Positions 16,186 to 24,676 of a DNA stretch of 34,299 nt are shown here, in pieces (position 1 is the first letter of the stretch; every line of letters starts with the position of its first letter). The notes beneath the pieces are model-generated. The model was not told the origin of the DNA. It worked only from the letters and a program-made list of their open reading frames with translations, and did not search any database. The translations under genes were made by a program, and so were the position numbers. Source of the stretch: an uncultured Pseudomonadales bacterium (GTDB lineage Bacteria; Patescibacteriota; Microgenomatia; UBA1400; PJMF01); contig CAZMIQ010000001.1 in the NCBI GenBank assembly GCA_964566525.1, positions 1 to 34,299 of the forward strand. The letters are read 5' to 3'.

Positions 16186-17067
16186 CTAATAATTACTAAT
16201 AATAAGTTCATTAATATTTCCCCTACTATTACCATTACAATTTATCATTCTTTTTGCTAATACTCTTTTAATTATAAAAGGGTCATATATATTGTCAAAA
16301 AAATTGTCACCACTATTGGTGTTTTTAGGATCAGAATTGCTAATGACGATTTTAGCTCCCTTTGCAGATATTTTATGAACAAAGTTTCCAAGAGTAATTT
16401 GTTTATTGTCATCAAAAATATTTTCATTGTAAGCCGTAAATGAGGCAGTGCGGTTGAGTGGTCGGTACGGCGGATCAATATAAACAAAAGTATTCTTATT
16501 AATATAGTCAAAGCATTGACTGTAATCACCGCAAATTATTTCAACTTTTTGCATTAACTTATTAATGGTCCTTAAATTTGCTGAATCGCAGATGGGAGGT
16601 TTTTTATATGAACCAATTGGCACATTAAATAAACCTTTTTTATTAACACGATATAAGCCGTTAAAACATGTTTTGTTTAGAAAAATAAAAATTGAAGCTC
16701 TTTCTACCTGATCTCCGCCATCAATAATTAATTGATTATATTTGGTTCTAAAAGACAAATATATATTTTTTCTTTCTTGGTCGCTACTATTCCAATATTT
16801 TTCTTGATATTTTTGTAGTATTTTAATAACATTTTCCACATTTTGCTGTATTTGCACATATGTATTAATTAGTTCTTTATTAATATCGTTAATAAGAATA
16901 CTACTTGGATTTTTATTTACTAATATGTCTAGTAAAACTGCCCCACCGCCAACAAATGGCTCACAATAGCGATTGATTTCTTGCGGATATTTTTTTCTTA
17001 TTTCACCGATTAGCTGGCTTTTCCCGCCTGCCCACTTGATAAATGGCTTCACTGTTCGATATTGCAA
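16186..17067 (-). CDS. Dam-family N6-adenine DNA methyltransferase (alpha class)
   Basis: KPFIKWAGGKSQL, CEPFVGGGAV and YIDPPY motifs in Dam/M.DpnII/M.MboIA order. TTG start with AAAGAG SD-like sequence. TATAAT boxes at 17100-17105 and 17088-17093 on the minus strand. Confidence 0.9.
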   Translation of the reverse strand: MQYRTVKPFIKWAGGKSQLIGEIRKKYPQEINRYCEPFVGGGAVLLDILVNKNPSSILINDINKELINTYVQIQQNVENVIKILQKYQEKYWNSSDQERKNIYLSFRTKYNQLIIDGGDQVERASIFIFLNKTCFNGLYRVNKKGLFNVPIGSYKKPPICDSANLRTINKLMQKVEIICGDYSQCFDYINKNTFVYIDPPYRPLNRTASFTAYNENIFDDNKQITLGNFVHKISAKGAKIVISNSDPKNTNSGDNFFDNIYDPFIIKRVLAKRMINCNGNSRGNINELIISNY

Positions 17068-17165
17068 TTTGCTCTTTCGTTTTATATATTATATTCGTAA
17101 TTATAACTTATTTTTTGAGCTTTTTTCATGGTAGTTCCTGCAGGGAAAAAGTCGTATTTTCTGGG

Positions 17166-17192
17166 TTAAAAGAAAAACCTCCAGAATGGAGG
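17166..17192 (-). terminator. Rho-independent terminator downstream of ftsZ
   Basis: Minus strand reads CCTCCA-TTC-TGGAGG-TTTTTCTTTT. Confidence 0.75.
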
Positions 17193-17261
17193 AAGACTGG
17201 AGGCTCTCTGTCAGCCCCTGATCAAAGATGAGGGCGCACCGAAGCGCGATTAAGCTGAACA
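17166..17261 (-). ncRNA. Candidate structured small RNA (about 95 nt, unclassified)
   Basis: TTGCGG(17295-17290)-17 nt-TATAAT(17272-17267) promoter. GC-rich body with a CGCGC-UUCG-GUGCG hairpin (17235-17248). Two CCUCC copies. Ends in the terminator above. No AUG in the predicted transcript. It could instead be an ftsZ 3'UTR element. Confidence 0.35.
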
Positions 17262-17280
17262 AGGGTATTATAACACAAAA

Positions 17281-18711
17281 TTATTTATTCCGCAAGAAGG
17301 CAGGCATTTCAAAAGGATCATTTTCGTCTTCAATTGGAGCGGAGTTTTGGGTGGGTTGATAATTATTTGCTTGATTATTAGAGGCAGAATTATTAATTGA
17401 AGAATGTTCGATTTGAATTGGTCTGGCGACTGGAATTGGTTCATAAGCTGGTCGAGGACTAAAAGCCACAGCATTGGGATCAGTTGACATTTGTGGCTGA
17501 ACAAAATTTTCAGGAGCAGAAGAGATATGTTGAGGAGCCGGCGTCTCTTGATTTGGACTGTAGTTTTGGTTACTAGACTGGTATGAAGAAGTGGCTGGCT
17601 GATAATTAGAGCTTTGATAATTAGAATTAGGTCTATTGCTAGAATTCAAATTAGTAGAAGGTGAGCTTATTGATGACGAGGTCGTACTACTCGTAATAGG
17701 GTTTGTTCTATTAAAGCCATAAGGAGCCCTTGGAGCAGCATTAAAACCCAAATGGCTATCCTCAAAACCAGTCGCGATAACGCTAATTTTAATCCGACCC
17801 ATCATGTCTTCACGGATAGCATTACCAAATATAATAATAGCTTCAGGATCAGCGCATGATTGAATAACTTGACCGACCTCGCCTATTTCGTGCATACCTA
17901 AGTCTGGACCGCCGATAATATTATATAAAATACCTTTGGCACCGTCAACTGACAATTCTAATAAGGGCGAAGAGATAGCTGAGCGAGCAGCTAAAACGGC
18001 TCGATTTTCACCTTCTGCTTCTCCAATGCCCATCATTGCCGTGCCCGAATCGGACATAATTTTTTCAACGTCTTTAAAATCAACGTTGACCAAACCAGGC
18101 ATAGTAATTAGATCTGATATACCTTGAACTCCCTGTCCTAAAACATTATCGGCTAATTTGAACGCTTCTATTAAAGTCATTTTTTTATCAACTACATCGA
18201 TTAAGCGTTGGTTTGGAACAACGATTAAAGCATCAACATAATCACGTAAGTTTTCAATACCCTCTTCAGCGATGCGACAACGTTGGGCTCCTTCGAAATT
18301 AAAAGGTTTAGTGACAACTGCCACCGTAAGCGCTCCTGCCTCTTTGGCAATTTGAGCCACTATCGGTGAAGCTCCCGTACCTGTGCCACCCCCCATACCA
18401 GCAGTAATAAAAACCATCTCTGTATCATACATGGCTTCCTTGAGTTTTTCTCTGGATTCTTCAGCAGCAGCTTGACCTACCTCTGGATTGGCACCAGCGC
18501 CCAGTCCTCTAGTGTAATTATTGCCAATTTGAATTTTTGTTTCGGCAAGTGAATTAATCAAGGCTTGGGCGTCAGTATTAATACTAATAAACTCGACTCC
18601 GCTGATTTGTTTAGAACTAATCATGGAATTAATAGCATTGCCTCCGCCGCCGCCTACGCCGATGACTTTAATTTTTGCTGATACATTATTGATTGGTTTA
18701 ATTTGCGCCAT
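17281..18711 (-). CDS. ftsZ: Cell division GTPase FtsZ with a long low-complexity C-terminal linker
   Basis: GGGTGTG tubulin signature ([13 protein letters not shown]), NTDAQAL motif and C-terminal peptide [12 protein letters not shown]. Confidence 0.95.
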   Translation of the reverse strand: MAQIKPINNVSAKIKVIGVGGGGGNAINSMISSKQISGVEFISINTDAQALINSLAETKIQIGNNYTRGLGAGANPEVGQAAAEESREKLKEAMYDTEMVFITAGMGGGTGTGASPIVAQIAKEAGALTVAVVTKPFNFEGAQRCRIAEEGIENLRDYVDALIVVPNQRLIDVVDKKMTLIEAFKLADNVLGQGVQGISDLITMPGLVNVDFKDVEKIMSDSGTAMMGIGEAEGENRAVLAARSAISSPLLELSVDGAKGILYNIIGGPDLGMHEIGEVGQVIQSCADPEAIIIFGNAIREDMMGRIKISVIATGFEDSHLGFNAAPRAPYGFNRTNPITSSTTSSSISSPSTNLNSSNRPNSNYQSSNYQPATSSYQSSNQNYSPNQETPAPQHISSAPENFVQPQMSTDPNAVAFSPRPAYEPIPVARPIQIEHSSINNSASNNQANNYQPTQNSAPIEDENDPFEMPAFLRNK

Positions 18712-18792
18712 AATTATCTCTCTTTAAATCTAGATCTTAATTACTCTTAATATATCACAAAATGGTAAAAATTTCTAGTGACAATTTATTGA

Positions 18793-20106
18793 CTAGGGCA
18801 TGAATTTTTTAAATGATTTACTAATCTTAGAAAAAAAATTGTCAAAAACTGGCTGTTTGCTTGAATTTTTATCTGTTTGAGTGGATTGGGGAAGCTGTTC
18901 TTTTAAGCCATAATGCAATAAGCCGATGGCGGTGGCATAAATCGGATCATCTATGTGTCTAATTACTCCTTGAATGCCTTTGGGAATACCAATGCGAGCT
19001 TGCATACCAAGAGTTCGACTCACAATCTCCATTAGACCAACAGTTTTAGCTCCGCCACCAACAATAACAGCGCCTGCACCCAATTTGCCAATTAATTTTT
19101 GTTTGCGCAATTCTTCATATATGAGGCTAAAAATTTCTTTTTCTCTGGGCATAATAACGGAGCGAATGAGAGTGTTTTTGGAAATAGTACTGGGTTTAAT
19201 GTGTGGATCATAAGCTTGCAGATTTAAGATATCTGCTTGTTTAAGACGACGGCGATAGTCTTCTCTTGATTCGTCTGGTCTTTGGGGAGTTACTTCATTA
19301 TCTTCTCCGCTGAGAGCAATTTTAATTTTTTCGGCATTATCAATACCAATTTTTACGTAAGCATTAATATCTTGAGTAATATAACGAGCTCCAACTGGAA
19401 CCACTCCACTATAGGTAATAGCACCATCAACATAGGCGCAAAAGTTAGTAGTATCAGAGCCTATATCAATACAAATTACTCCAGCGTCTTTTTCTGCTTC
19501 GTCTAAGACAACTTCGCTGGCAGCATAACCACTAAAAACAAAGTTGTCTTTAACTAAATCAATGTCGCGAAGGGCTTTTTCTAGATTGAGCAAGGCAGAA
19601 CTACTACAAGTAATTAGATGAATGTCTGTTTCTAATTTAATTCCTACCATACTGGTGGGGTCTTTGATGCCTTCTTGATCATCAACGGTATAAAAACGAG
19701 GAGTAAGATTGAGAACTTCCCGATCAGCAGGTAAATTAAAAGCTCTAGCAGCTTCAATAGCTCTGTCTATATCACTTTCTGTAACATTATTACTATCACG
19801 TACCACTACTGCTCCTTTAGAATTAATAGATGAAACATGCTGACCACTAATATTAAGATAAGCACTACTAATATTCAAGCCGCATATTTTTTCAGCCATC
19901 GCTACTGAATTCTCGATGGTCTCAATAGCTTCTTCCAAATTAATGATGGTAGAGCGCCTTATACCTTTAGAGGGAACATTACCCATACCAACAATTATTA
20001 ATTCACTTGAATTTAAATCCCGCGTAGCAATCAAAGTCAAACAGTGACTAGAGCCAAGATCAATAGCTGTAATAATATTTTTAGCTGAATGAGTTTTTTG
20101 ATTCAT
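18793..20106 (-). CDS. ftsA: Cell division protein FtsA (actin-like ATPase)
   Basis: AIDLGSS phosphate-1 motif, IDIGSDTTN, VIVGGGAK. Lies immediately upstream of ftsZ. Confidence 0.9.
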   Translation of the reverse strand: MNQKTHSAKNIITAIDLGSSHCLTLIATRDLNSSELIIVGMGNVPSKGIRRSTIINLEEAIETIENSVAMAEKICGLNISSAYLNISGQHVSSINSKGAVVVRDSNNVTESDIDRAIEAARAFNLPADREVLNLTPRFYTVDDQEGIKDPTSMVGIKLETDIHLITCSSSALLNLEKALRDIDLVKDNFVFSGYAASEVVLDEAEKDAGVICIDIGSDTTNFCAYVDGAITYSGVVPVGARYITQDINAYVKIGIDNAEKIKIALSGEDNEVTPQRPDESREDYRRRLKQADILNLQAYDPHIKPSTISKNTLIRSVIMPREKEIFSLIYEELRKQKLIGKLGAGAVIVGGGAKTVGLMEIVSRTLGMQARIGIPKGIQGVIRHIDDPIYATAIGLLHYGLKEQLPQSTQTDKNSSKQPVFDNFFSKISKSFKKFMP

Positions 20107-20171
20107 ATGTTGTATATATAATACTTTTTGACAAAAAAAGCAAGTGGTAATTTACTTTTTTGATGGTTGTC

Positions 20172-20180
20172 ATTATATCA
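20172..20180 (-). promoter_or_regulatory. Extended -10 (TGaTATAAT) upstream of ftsA, with a leader of about 65 nt
   Basis: Minus strand reads ttcaTGaTATAATgacaacc. Confidence 0.45.
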
Positions 20181-20211
20181 TGAAGTAACATATTTTTAAA
20201 ATGAGATTGAG

Positions 20212-20520
20212 TTATTGTATAAGTTCACTACTTTTGGGAATGAGACAACATAATTTTCCTTGATTTTTATTTAATTTTCCCCGCCATCTAAAATAACTAC
20301 TTTTACTAATTTTATAGGCATCACAAGCACTCCTCCAGCCATATCTTTTGCCATGATTTAATACTTGCAACCTAAACCTTGCTGGGTCAGATTTTTCAAA
20401 ATGCAAGCTATTTGATAAAGTCTTCATCACTCTATTGTATCTTTGTGGTGGAAAAGTTTGAATGATGTTTCTAATTCTATATGTATTTACTGTCATACTT
20501 ATTGGGTCCTTTATTCCCAA
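20212..20520 (-). pseudogene. Transposase/integrase N-terminal HTH fragment (IS481/IS3-like); DDE catalytic domain absent
   Basis: RFRLQVLNHGKRYGWRSACDAYKISKSSYFRWRGKL...LIPKSS resembles the HTH leader of rve-type transposases. The ORF stops right where the catalytic domain would begin. No inverted repeats identified. Confidence 0.5.
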
Positions 20521-20559
20521 ATGTATGTGAACCTATTCAGTTATTATTAATGAGTTGTT

Positions 20560-22728
20560 TTACTCCCCCACCTTATTCAACCGATTATCACTGGCAAAAA
20601 TATAGTAGTTAAAACTTGTGCGGTGATTGGTTTGATGAATGGGAAAGAAAAAAGATAAATTGTGGTCAATAGTGGTCGCTTCCATTTGATCTAAATCAGT
20701 GATTTTTAATTTCTGGGGACCGGAGAAAGTATGATTATCTTTGGAGGCGCGAAAATCTGTGGTGGGGATAAGGAAAGTAAAATGGGTTTCGGTGAAGGGA
20801 GAAGTGCGGAGGGCTTGAGTAAACGACTTATTGATAGTGGAGATAATGTATTCTAGAGCATAATTGTAACTACCAGTAGTTTTAGGAAAGAAACCTTTGA
20901 CTTCTATGTAACTTTGCGTCTCACTGATTGATTGAATATTCCAATAAAGATTAGATGGTTTGACATTTTTATCAACTTTGGGGTTAGAAAAGACAGGTGG
21001 GATATATTGATAGATATTAGTAAAGGTAGAGACATTGCCGGCTATATCAATGGAGCAAACATATAAAGGATTAGCACCACCGGAAATAGTTAAACGTAAA
21101 TTATCACCGCTACTGATACTGGTGCCGCCACTACAGTCACTCCCTAGCGTATTTAAATCCCAAGCATAGGCAATTCTTGAGAGACTAGTTTCATTATCTT
21201 CACTTAAGACAATAATGTCTTGCTTATCTCCTTGCCAGCCAGTAATGGCTGGAGTGACAGTTAAGTTAGGAGCAAAGATATCGACTCTATTGATGGGAGA
21301 AGGGCAAATTTGATCATTACCAGTCTTGTCAAAGATAGTGACGGGGCAAGTGTCACCATGCAGGGGACCAGTGGAACAAGAAAGACTAGCTGAGGCAGTG
21401 GCTAAGCCACTACCGCCTGCATCAGTGGAACTAGTTAAAGTAAAAGTCTCTCCCCCACTGACTTTCCATGGACTCTCAGCTGGGGACCAGCTGCCACAAG
21501 TGGGTGAGGTTTTGTCAATAATTATTTTACCTGTATAGATACTATTGGTTTCTTCTGGAGTCGTACTATTGCTGGTGGCAGTAAATTCAATACTGCTATA
21601 TTCGCCTTCAGTTAAGTCATTGTAGTTCCATGATAATTGCCAAGTCATGTTTTCACTCACAGGGACATTAATGCTTCGACTAATGCCACCAAGGCTAGCT
21701 GAAACCTCTACACTAGTGGCGTCGCCATCTTCGGGATAGTCAATGGTGCCGATAATGTTGAAATTTGGAGAAGATTTGGTGGGAGTGATGTCTGCGTCGT
21801 CATTACTGATGTTGAGACTAAAGCTACTGATTTCATAACGAACAATGACGATGCCGGAACCGCCGTCACCTCCATAAAGCCCGCTAACTGAACCTCCTCC
21901 TCCTCCGCCTCCACTATTAGGTAAACCATTCTCTCCTATATTTGATTTTCCACCGTCACCTCCACCACCAATTCCTCCTAAACCACTATTTGTATGATAA
22001 CCAGCACCACCACCACCACCGAACCAGCCATTTTCACCTAGATTATCACCAAATAAATTTCCAAAATATCTTCCTTCACCTCCATTAAAACTAATTGCTG
22101 AAGCACCTGCCCCACCACCAGCACCTGAATCTCTGCCGGATGAAGCAGATCCAGCGTTTCCTTGTTCTGTTACCCCATTACCCCCGTTTCGATTTCCATT
22201 AATATCACCTCTACCTCCTCCTCCAGATCCACCATCATATCCTACACCAACGTTTGAACCATACATTCCGCCTCCGCCTCCGCCATAAGCAATATGAGAA
22301 TCAAAAAAAGAATTTGTACCGCTTCCTTGGACTGAAGTGTTATAAGTTGGGGAAACACCTCCTGAACCTACATATAAATTAATAACTGAATTAGTATAAT
22401 TCAAATTTTGTTTGAATAATACACCTCCAGCTCCGCCGCCAGGACCAGAAGTCGAACTAAGGGCAGCTCTTCTTCCGGCAGCTCCTCCTCCTACAATTAA
22501 AACATCAACTTCTAAATCTTGATTAACTACAAATGTATGATTGCCAACTGTCTTAAAAGCGTGGACACGATAAGTTTTACCGCCAATTTCGATTTCATAG
22601 ACTTCATCACCGCCAGTGGCTTCTTGGGCGAATGTATGATTACTAAATATGAAAGAAAATGAAAAAATAATTATTACTAAAATACTAATAAAGTGAGGAA
22701 GGCGAAATTTTTTTTTAATTGATTTCAT
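20560..22728 (-). CDS. Secreted glycine-rich domain protein with C-terminal Ig-like/beta-rich modules (putative surface protein)
   Basis: Signal/anchor ILVIIIFSFSFIFSNHTFA. YRVHAFKTVGNHTFVV...VDVLIVGGGAAG followed by about 230 aa of GGxGG repeats ending GGSGIVIVRYE. Then Cys-containing beta-rich modules (IDKTSPT). Confidence 0.8.
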   Translation of the reverse strand: MKSIKKKFRLPHFISILVIIIFSFSFIFSNHTFAQEATGGDEVYEIEIGGKTYRVHAFKTVGNHTFVVNQDLEVDVLIVGGGAAGRRAALSSTSGPGGGAGGVLFKQNLNYTNSVINLYVGSGGVSPTYNTSVQGSGTNSFFDSHIAYGGGGGGMYGSNVGVGYDGGSGGGGRGDINGNRNGGNGVTEQGNAGSASSGRDSGAGGGAGASAISFNGGEGRYFGNLFGDNLGENGWFGGGGGAGYHTNSGLGGIGGGGDGGKSNIGENGLPNSGGGGGGGSVSGLYGGDGGSGIVIVRYEISSFSLNISNDDADITPTKSSPNFNIIGTIDYPEDGDATSVEVSASLGGISRSINVPVSENMTWQLSWNYNDLTEGEYSSIEFTATSNSTTPEETNSIYTGKIIIDKTSPTCGSWSPAESPWKVSGGETFTLTSSTDAGGSGLATASASLSCSTGPLHGDTCPVTIFDKTGNDQICPSPINRVDIFAPNLTVTPAITGWQGDKQDIIVLSEDNETSLSRIAYAWDLNTLGSDCSGGTSISSGDNLRLTISGGANPLYVCSIDIAGNVSTFTNIYQYIPPVFSNPKVDKNVKPSNLYWNIQSISETQSYIEVKGFFPKTTGSYNYALEYIISTINKSFTQALRTSPFTETHFTFLIPTTDFRASKDNHTFSGPQKLKITDLDQMEATTIDHNLSFFFPIHQTNHRTSFNYYIFASDNRLNKVGE

Positions 22729-22756
22729 AAAAATATTGACTGCAAACTTATGACTT

Positions 22757-22785
22757 ATTTTAACATGAAAAAAATATTATTACAA
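22757..22785 (-). promoter_or_regulatory. Possible promoter TTGTAA-17-TAAAAT for the glycine-rich gene
   Basis: Minus strand reads TTGTAAtaatatttttttcatgtTAAAAT. Confidence 0.4.
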
Positions 22786-22812
22786 TTCGATAAATTGAAT
22801 TCTTTTGAAAGA

Positions 22813-23547
22813 CTAGTTACTTTTTATTTTAATCACTGGCAGTCGGAAACGCAAATCGACGATTTGACCATGGTCTAAACTTTGCCAATTATCTTCTAAA
22901 AAGGTCATTTTTTGAAGATTTTCATCTAAATTAAATAAGTCAAGAATATAAGTGGCTTTAGAGGTGACGATCTCCAAATGATTAAGAGCAATAAAATTCA
23001 CCGTTTGCCAGTTTTGGCGCTGATCAGTTGTAAAATAATCTAATTGCATAAATTTCTGATGTAGTACTGGGTCTAATTGATATTGAGTTAGAGCTTGATT
23101 AGTGGCTTGATGATGAGATTTGATAATGAGAACATTATCGTCTGGCGGTATAAAACTATATTCTCCAAATTGATCAAAGCCCATTATTAAGTTATTAGGC
23201 GTTACTAGTTGATAGACTGGTGGTGAAAAAATAAAATTTATTTTAAGAGTATGTGGCAGTAATTTAACGTAGCTAAATGATTGAAAATTTAAACTTGGCT
23301 GGAATAAACTATTAAGTCGATGGTAATAATTGTAGAATAACATTGGCTTGTCAATAAATTCATTAGTAGCAATAATAAGTGATTGAGTGCAGGGCAAACT
23401 ATGATTGATGGTACAACTAACTTTTCTGACTAAAAAATATTGATTAAAAAATAAGATTAAGCCAGTAATAAGTAGAATTGTCAACAAAAACCACCAGAGA
23501 GCTTGGCGAAATTGGATCAAAAATGGCGATGGTTGCGGCTGGCGCAT
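22813..23547 (-). CDS. ftsQ: FtsQ/DivIB-like cell division protein
   Basis: Single N-terminal TM helix (WWFLLTILLITGLILFF) plus an extracytoplasmic domain. Lies directly after murG. Assignment is mainly by synteny. ATG 23547 is preferred over TTG 23556. Confidence 0.55.
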   Translation of the reverse strand: MRQPQPSPFLIQFRQALWWFLLTILLITGLILFFNQYFLVRKVSCTINHSLPCTQSLIIATNEFIDKPMLFYNYYHRLNSLFQPSLNFQSFSYVKLLPHTLKINFIFSPPVYQLVTPNNLIMGFDQFGEYSFIPPDDNVLIIKSHHQATNQALTQYQLDPVLHQKFMQLDYFTTDQRQNWQTVNFIALNHLEIVTSKATYILDLFNLDENLQKMTFLEDNWQSLDHGQIVDLRFRLPVIKIKSN

Positions 23548-23555
23548 AGACCGCA

Positions 23556-23564
23556 ATTATATCA
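23556..23564 (-). promoter_or_regulatory. Extended -10 (TGaTATAAT) 8 nt upstream of the ftsQ-like ATG
   Basis: Minus strand reads aaTGaTATAATtgcggtctATG. It overlaps the murG stop. Confidence 0.5.
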
Positions 23565-24676
23565 TTTTTTAGACTTAAGTGCCACCTGATTCCGTTTTTG
23601 ACTGGCTTGAGTGAGTAGAGCAAAAATCTTTTCATTGGCTCTTTGATTGTAAGAAAAGGGTGATAAATTATCTCGAATAGTTTTTGTTTGACTTGACAAA
23701 TGATTGATTTTTTCTAACAAGAGACTAGGAACAAGTTGGTCTTGATTGAGAACCATGGCGGCTTCTTTTTTAACTAAGGCCTGAGCATTGAGTAGTTGTT
23801 CTTGATAATTAGCAAAAGGCAAGGGAATATAGAGAGTTGGAACTTGAAAGGCAGTTAACTCGGCGACAGTATTGGCTCCAGCGCGACTAATAGCTAAATG
23901 TAGTCGTGGCAAAAAATATGCTAACTCTGTCGCGGACAAGAATTCTCTGGGATAATAATTAGCTGGCGACAAACCATGTGAGCGAAGAAATTCTTTGACT
24001 GTGGCTAAAGGTTGATATTTAGAGCTGGCTCGTCCAACTTGATGAATAATGATAAAATCTTCAATTAATTGACTGAGAATAAGCAAGAAGTTTTGGAGCC
24101 TTGTGAGCCACCAGCTAAATAGATGATGGGGAGTGTACTTAAAGACTTAAACCATGAGGGAGGTTTTTTAGGGTCATGAAATAATTCTTGACGAAGGGGA
24201 TTGCCAGTAAAAACTGATTTGCGAGCGAATAATGTTTTGGTGTCTATAAAAGAGAGGGCGATATAATCAGCAAAAGCGCTAATGAAACGATTAGCTCTGC
24301 CTAAAACTCGAGTTTGTTCGTGAGTGACAAGGGGAAGCTTGAGTTTTTTGGCTCCTAAAGCAAAGGGAACGGCTAGATAACCACCAAAGCTTAAAACGTG
24401 AGTAATTTGTTCTGTTTGTAAAATCTTTTTAGCTTGATAGCAACTGCGCAAAAATGAGAGTGGGTTAAAGCGATGACTTTTTTCACCATTAAATGAAATA
24501 AATTTAAGCTCTCTTTTTTCGATTTCTTCTTTTTCCCATGAAGGTTGGAGATTGGCTAATTGAGCAAATTCGCGACCAGCGAAAACAATTTCTATTTCAG
24601 GGTGCTTATTTTGACAATAATCAATAAAAGACAAAGCGGGAGTTAAGTGTCCGCCAGTAATAAGAAGCTTAAACAT
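23562..24676 (-). pseudogene. murG: murG (lipid II GlcNAc transferase) split by a -1/+1 frameshift into two ORFs
   Basis: N-part: ITGGHLTPAL ... YLAGGSQGSKTSCLFSVN*. C-part in another frame: LLILSQLIEDFIIIHQVG ... ISRAGANTVAEL...VPTLYIPLP. Together they give a normal MurG of about 370 aa. Confidence 0.8.

Noticed and set aside
17082-17129. A 15-codon ORF (MKKAQKISYNYEYNI) upstream of the Dam-like methylase, considered as a possible controller (C) protein.
   Set aside because: It is far too short for an HTH C-protein of about 80 aa, and I saw no C-box-like palindromes. It is probably a chance ORF in AT-rich promoter DNA.
17101-17262. A 53-codon TTG-initiated ORF on the minus strand spanning the ftsZ-dam spacer.
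   Set aside because: It runs straight through the strong intrinsic terminator. It has no SD and no AUG, and its composition is implausible. The region is better explained as a noncoding RNA plus terminator plus the RM promoter.
17178-17265. The GC-rich patch superficially resembles the RNase P CR-I (GGAGGAAGACUGGAGGCUC versus GAGGAAAGUCCGGGCUC on the plus strand) or SRP RNA helix 8.
   Set aside because: Only about 210 nt are available between flanking genes, far too short for RNase P RNA. The match breaks at the conserved AGUCCGG core. No GNRA-closed helix with AGCA/GGAA SRP loops is present on either strand.
20143-20158. AAGTGGTAAT on the plus strand in the ftsA upstream region matches the GTGGTAA repeat unit of the mraZ promoter, raising the possibility of a second MraZ site.
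   Set aside because: It is a single copy in the opposite orientation to ftsA, with no phased partner. It is too weak to call.
21900-22460. Repetitive GGN/CCN-rich DNA, considered as a possible tandem repeat or CRISPR-like array.
   Set aside because: The periodicity is at codon level (Gly codons), and there are no unit repeats with unique spacers. It is fully explained by the glycine-rich coding sequence.
22474-22509. VDVLIVGGGAAG in the 722-aa protein looks like a Rossmann FAD/NAD dinucleotide-binding motif.
   Set aside because: It lies after a signal or anchor sequence and leads directly into hundreds of residues of GGxGG repeats. This matches glycine-rich surface-domain proteins rather than a flavoenzyme fold.
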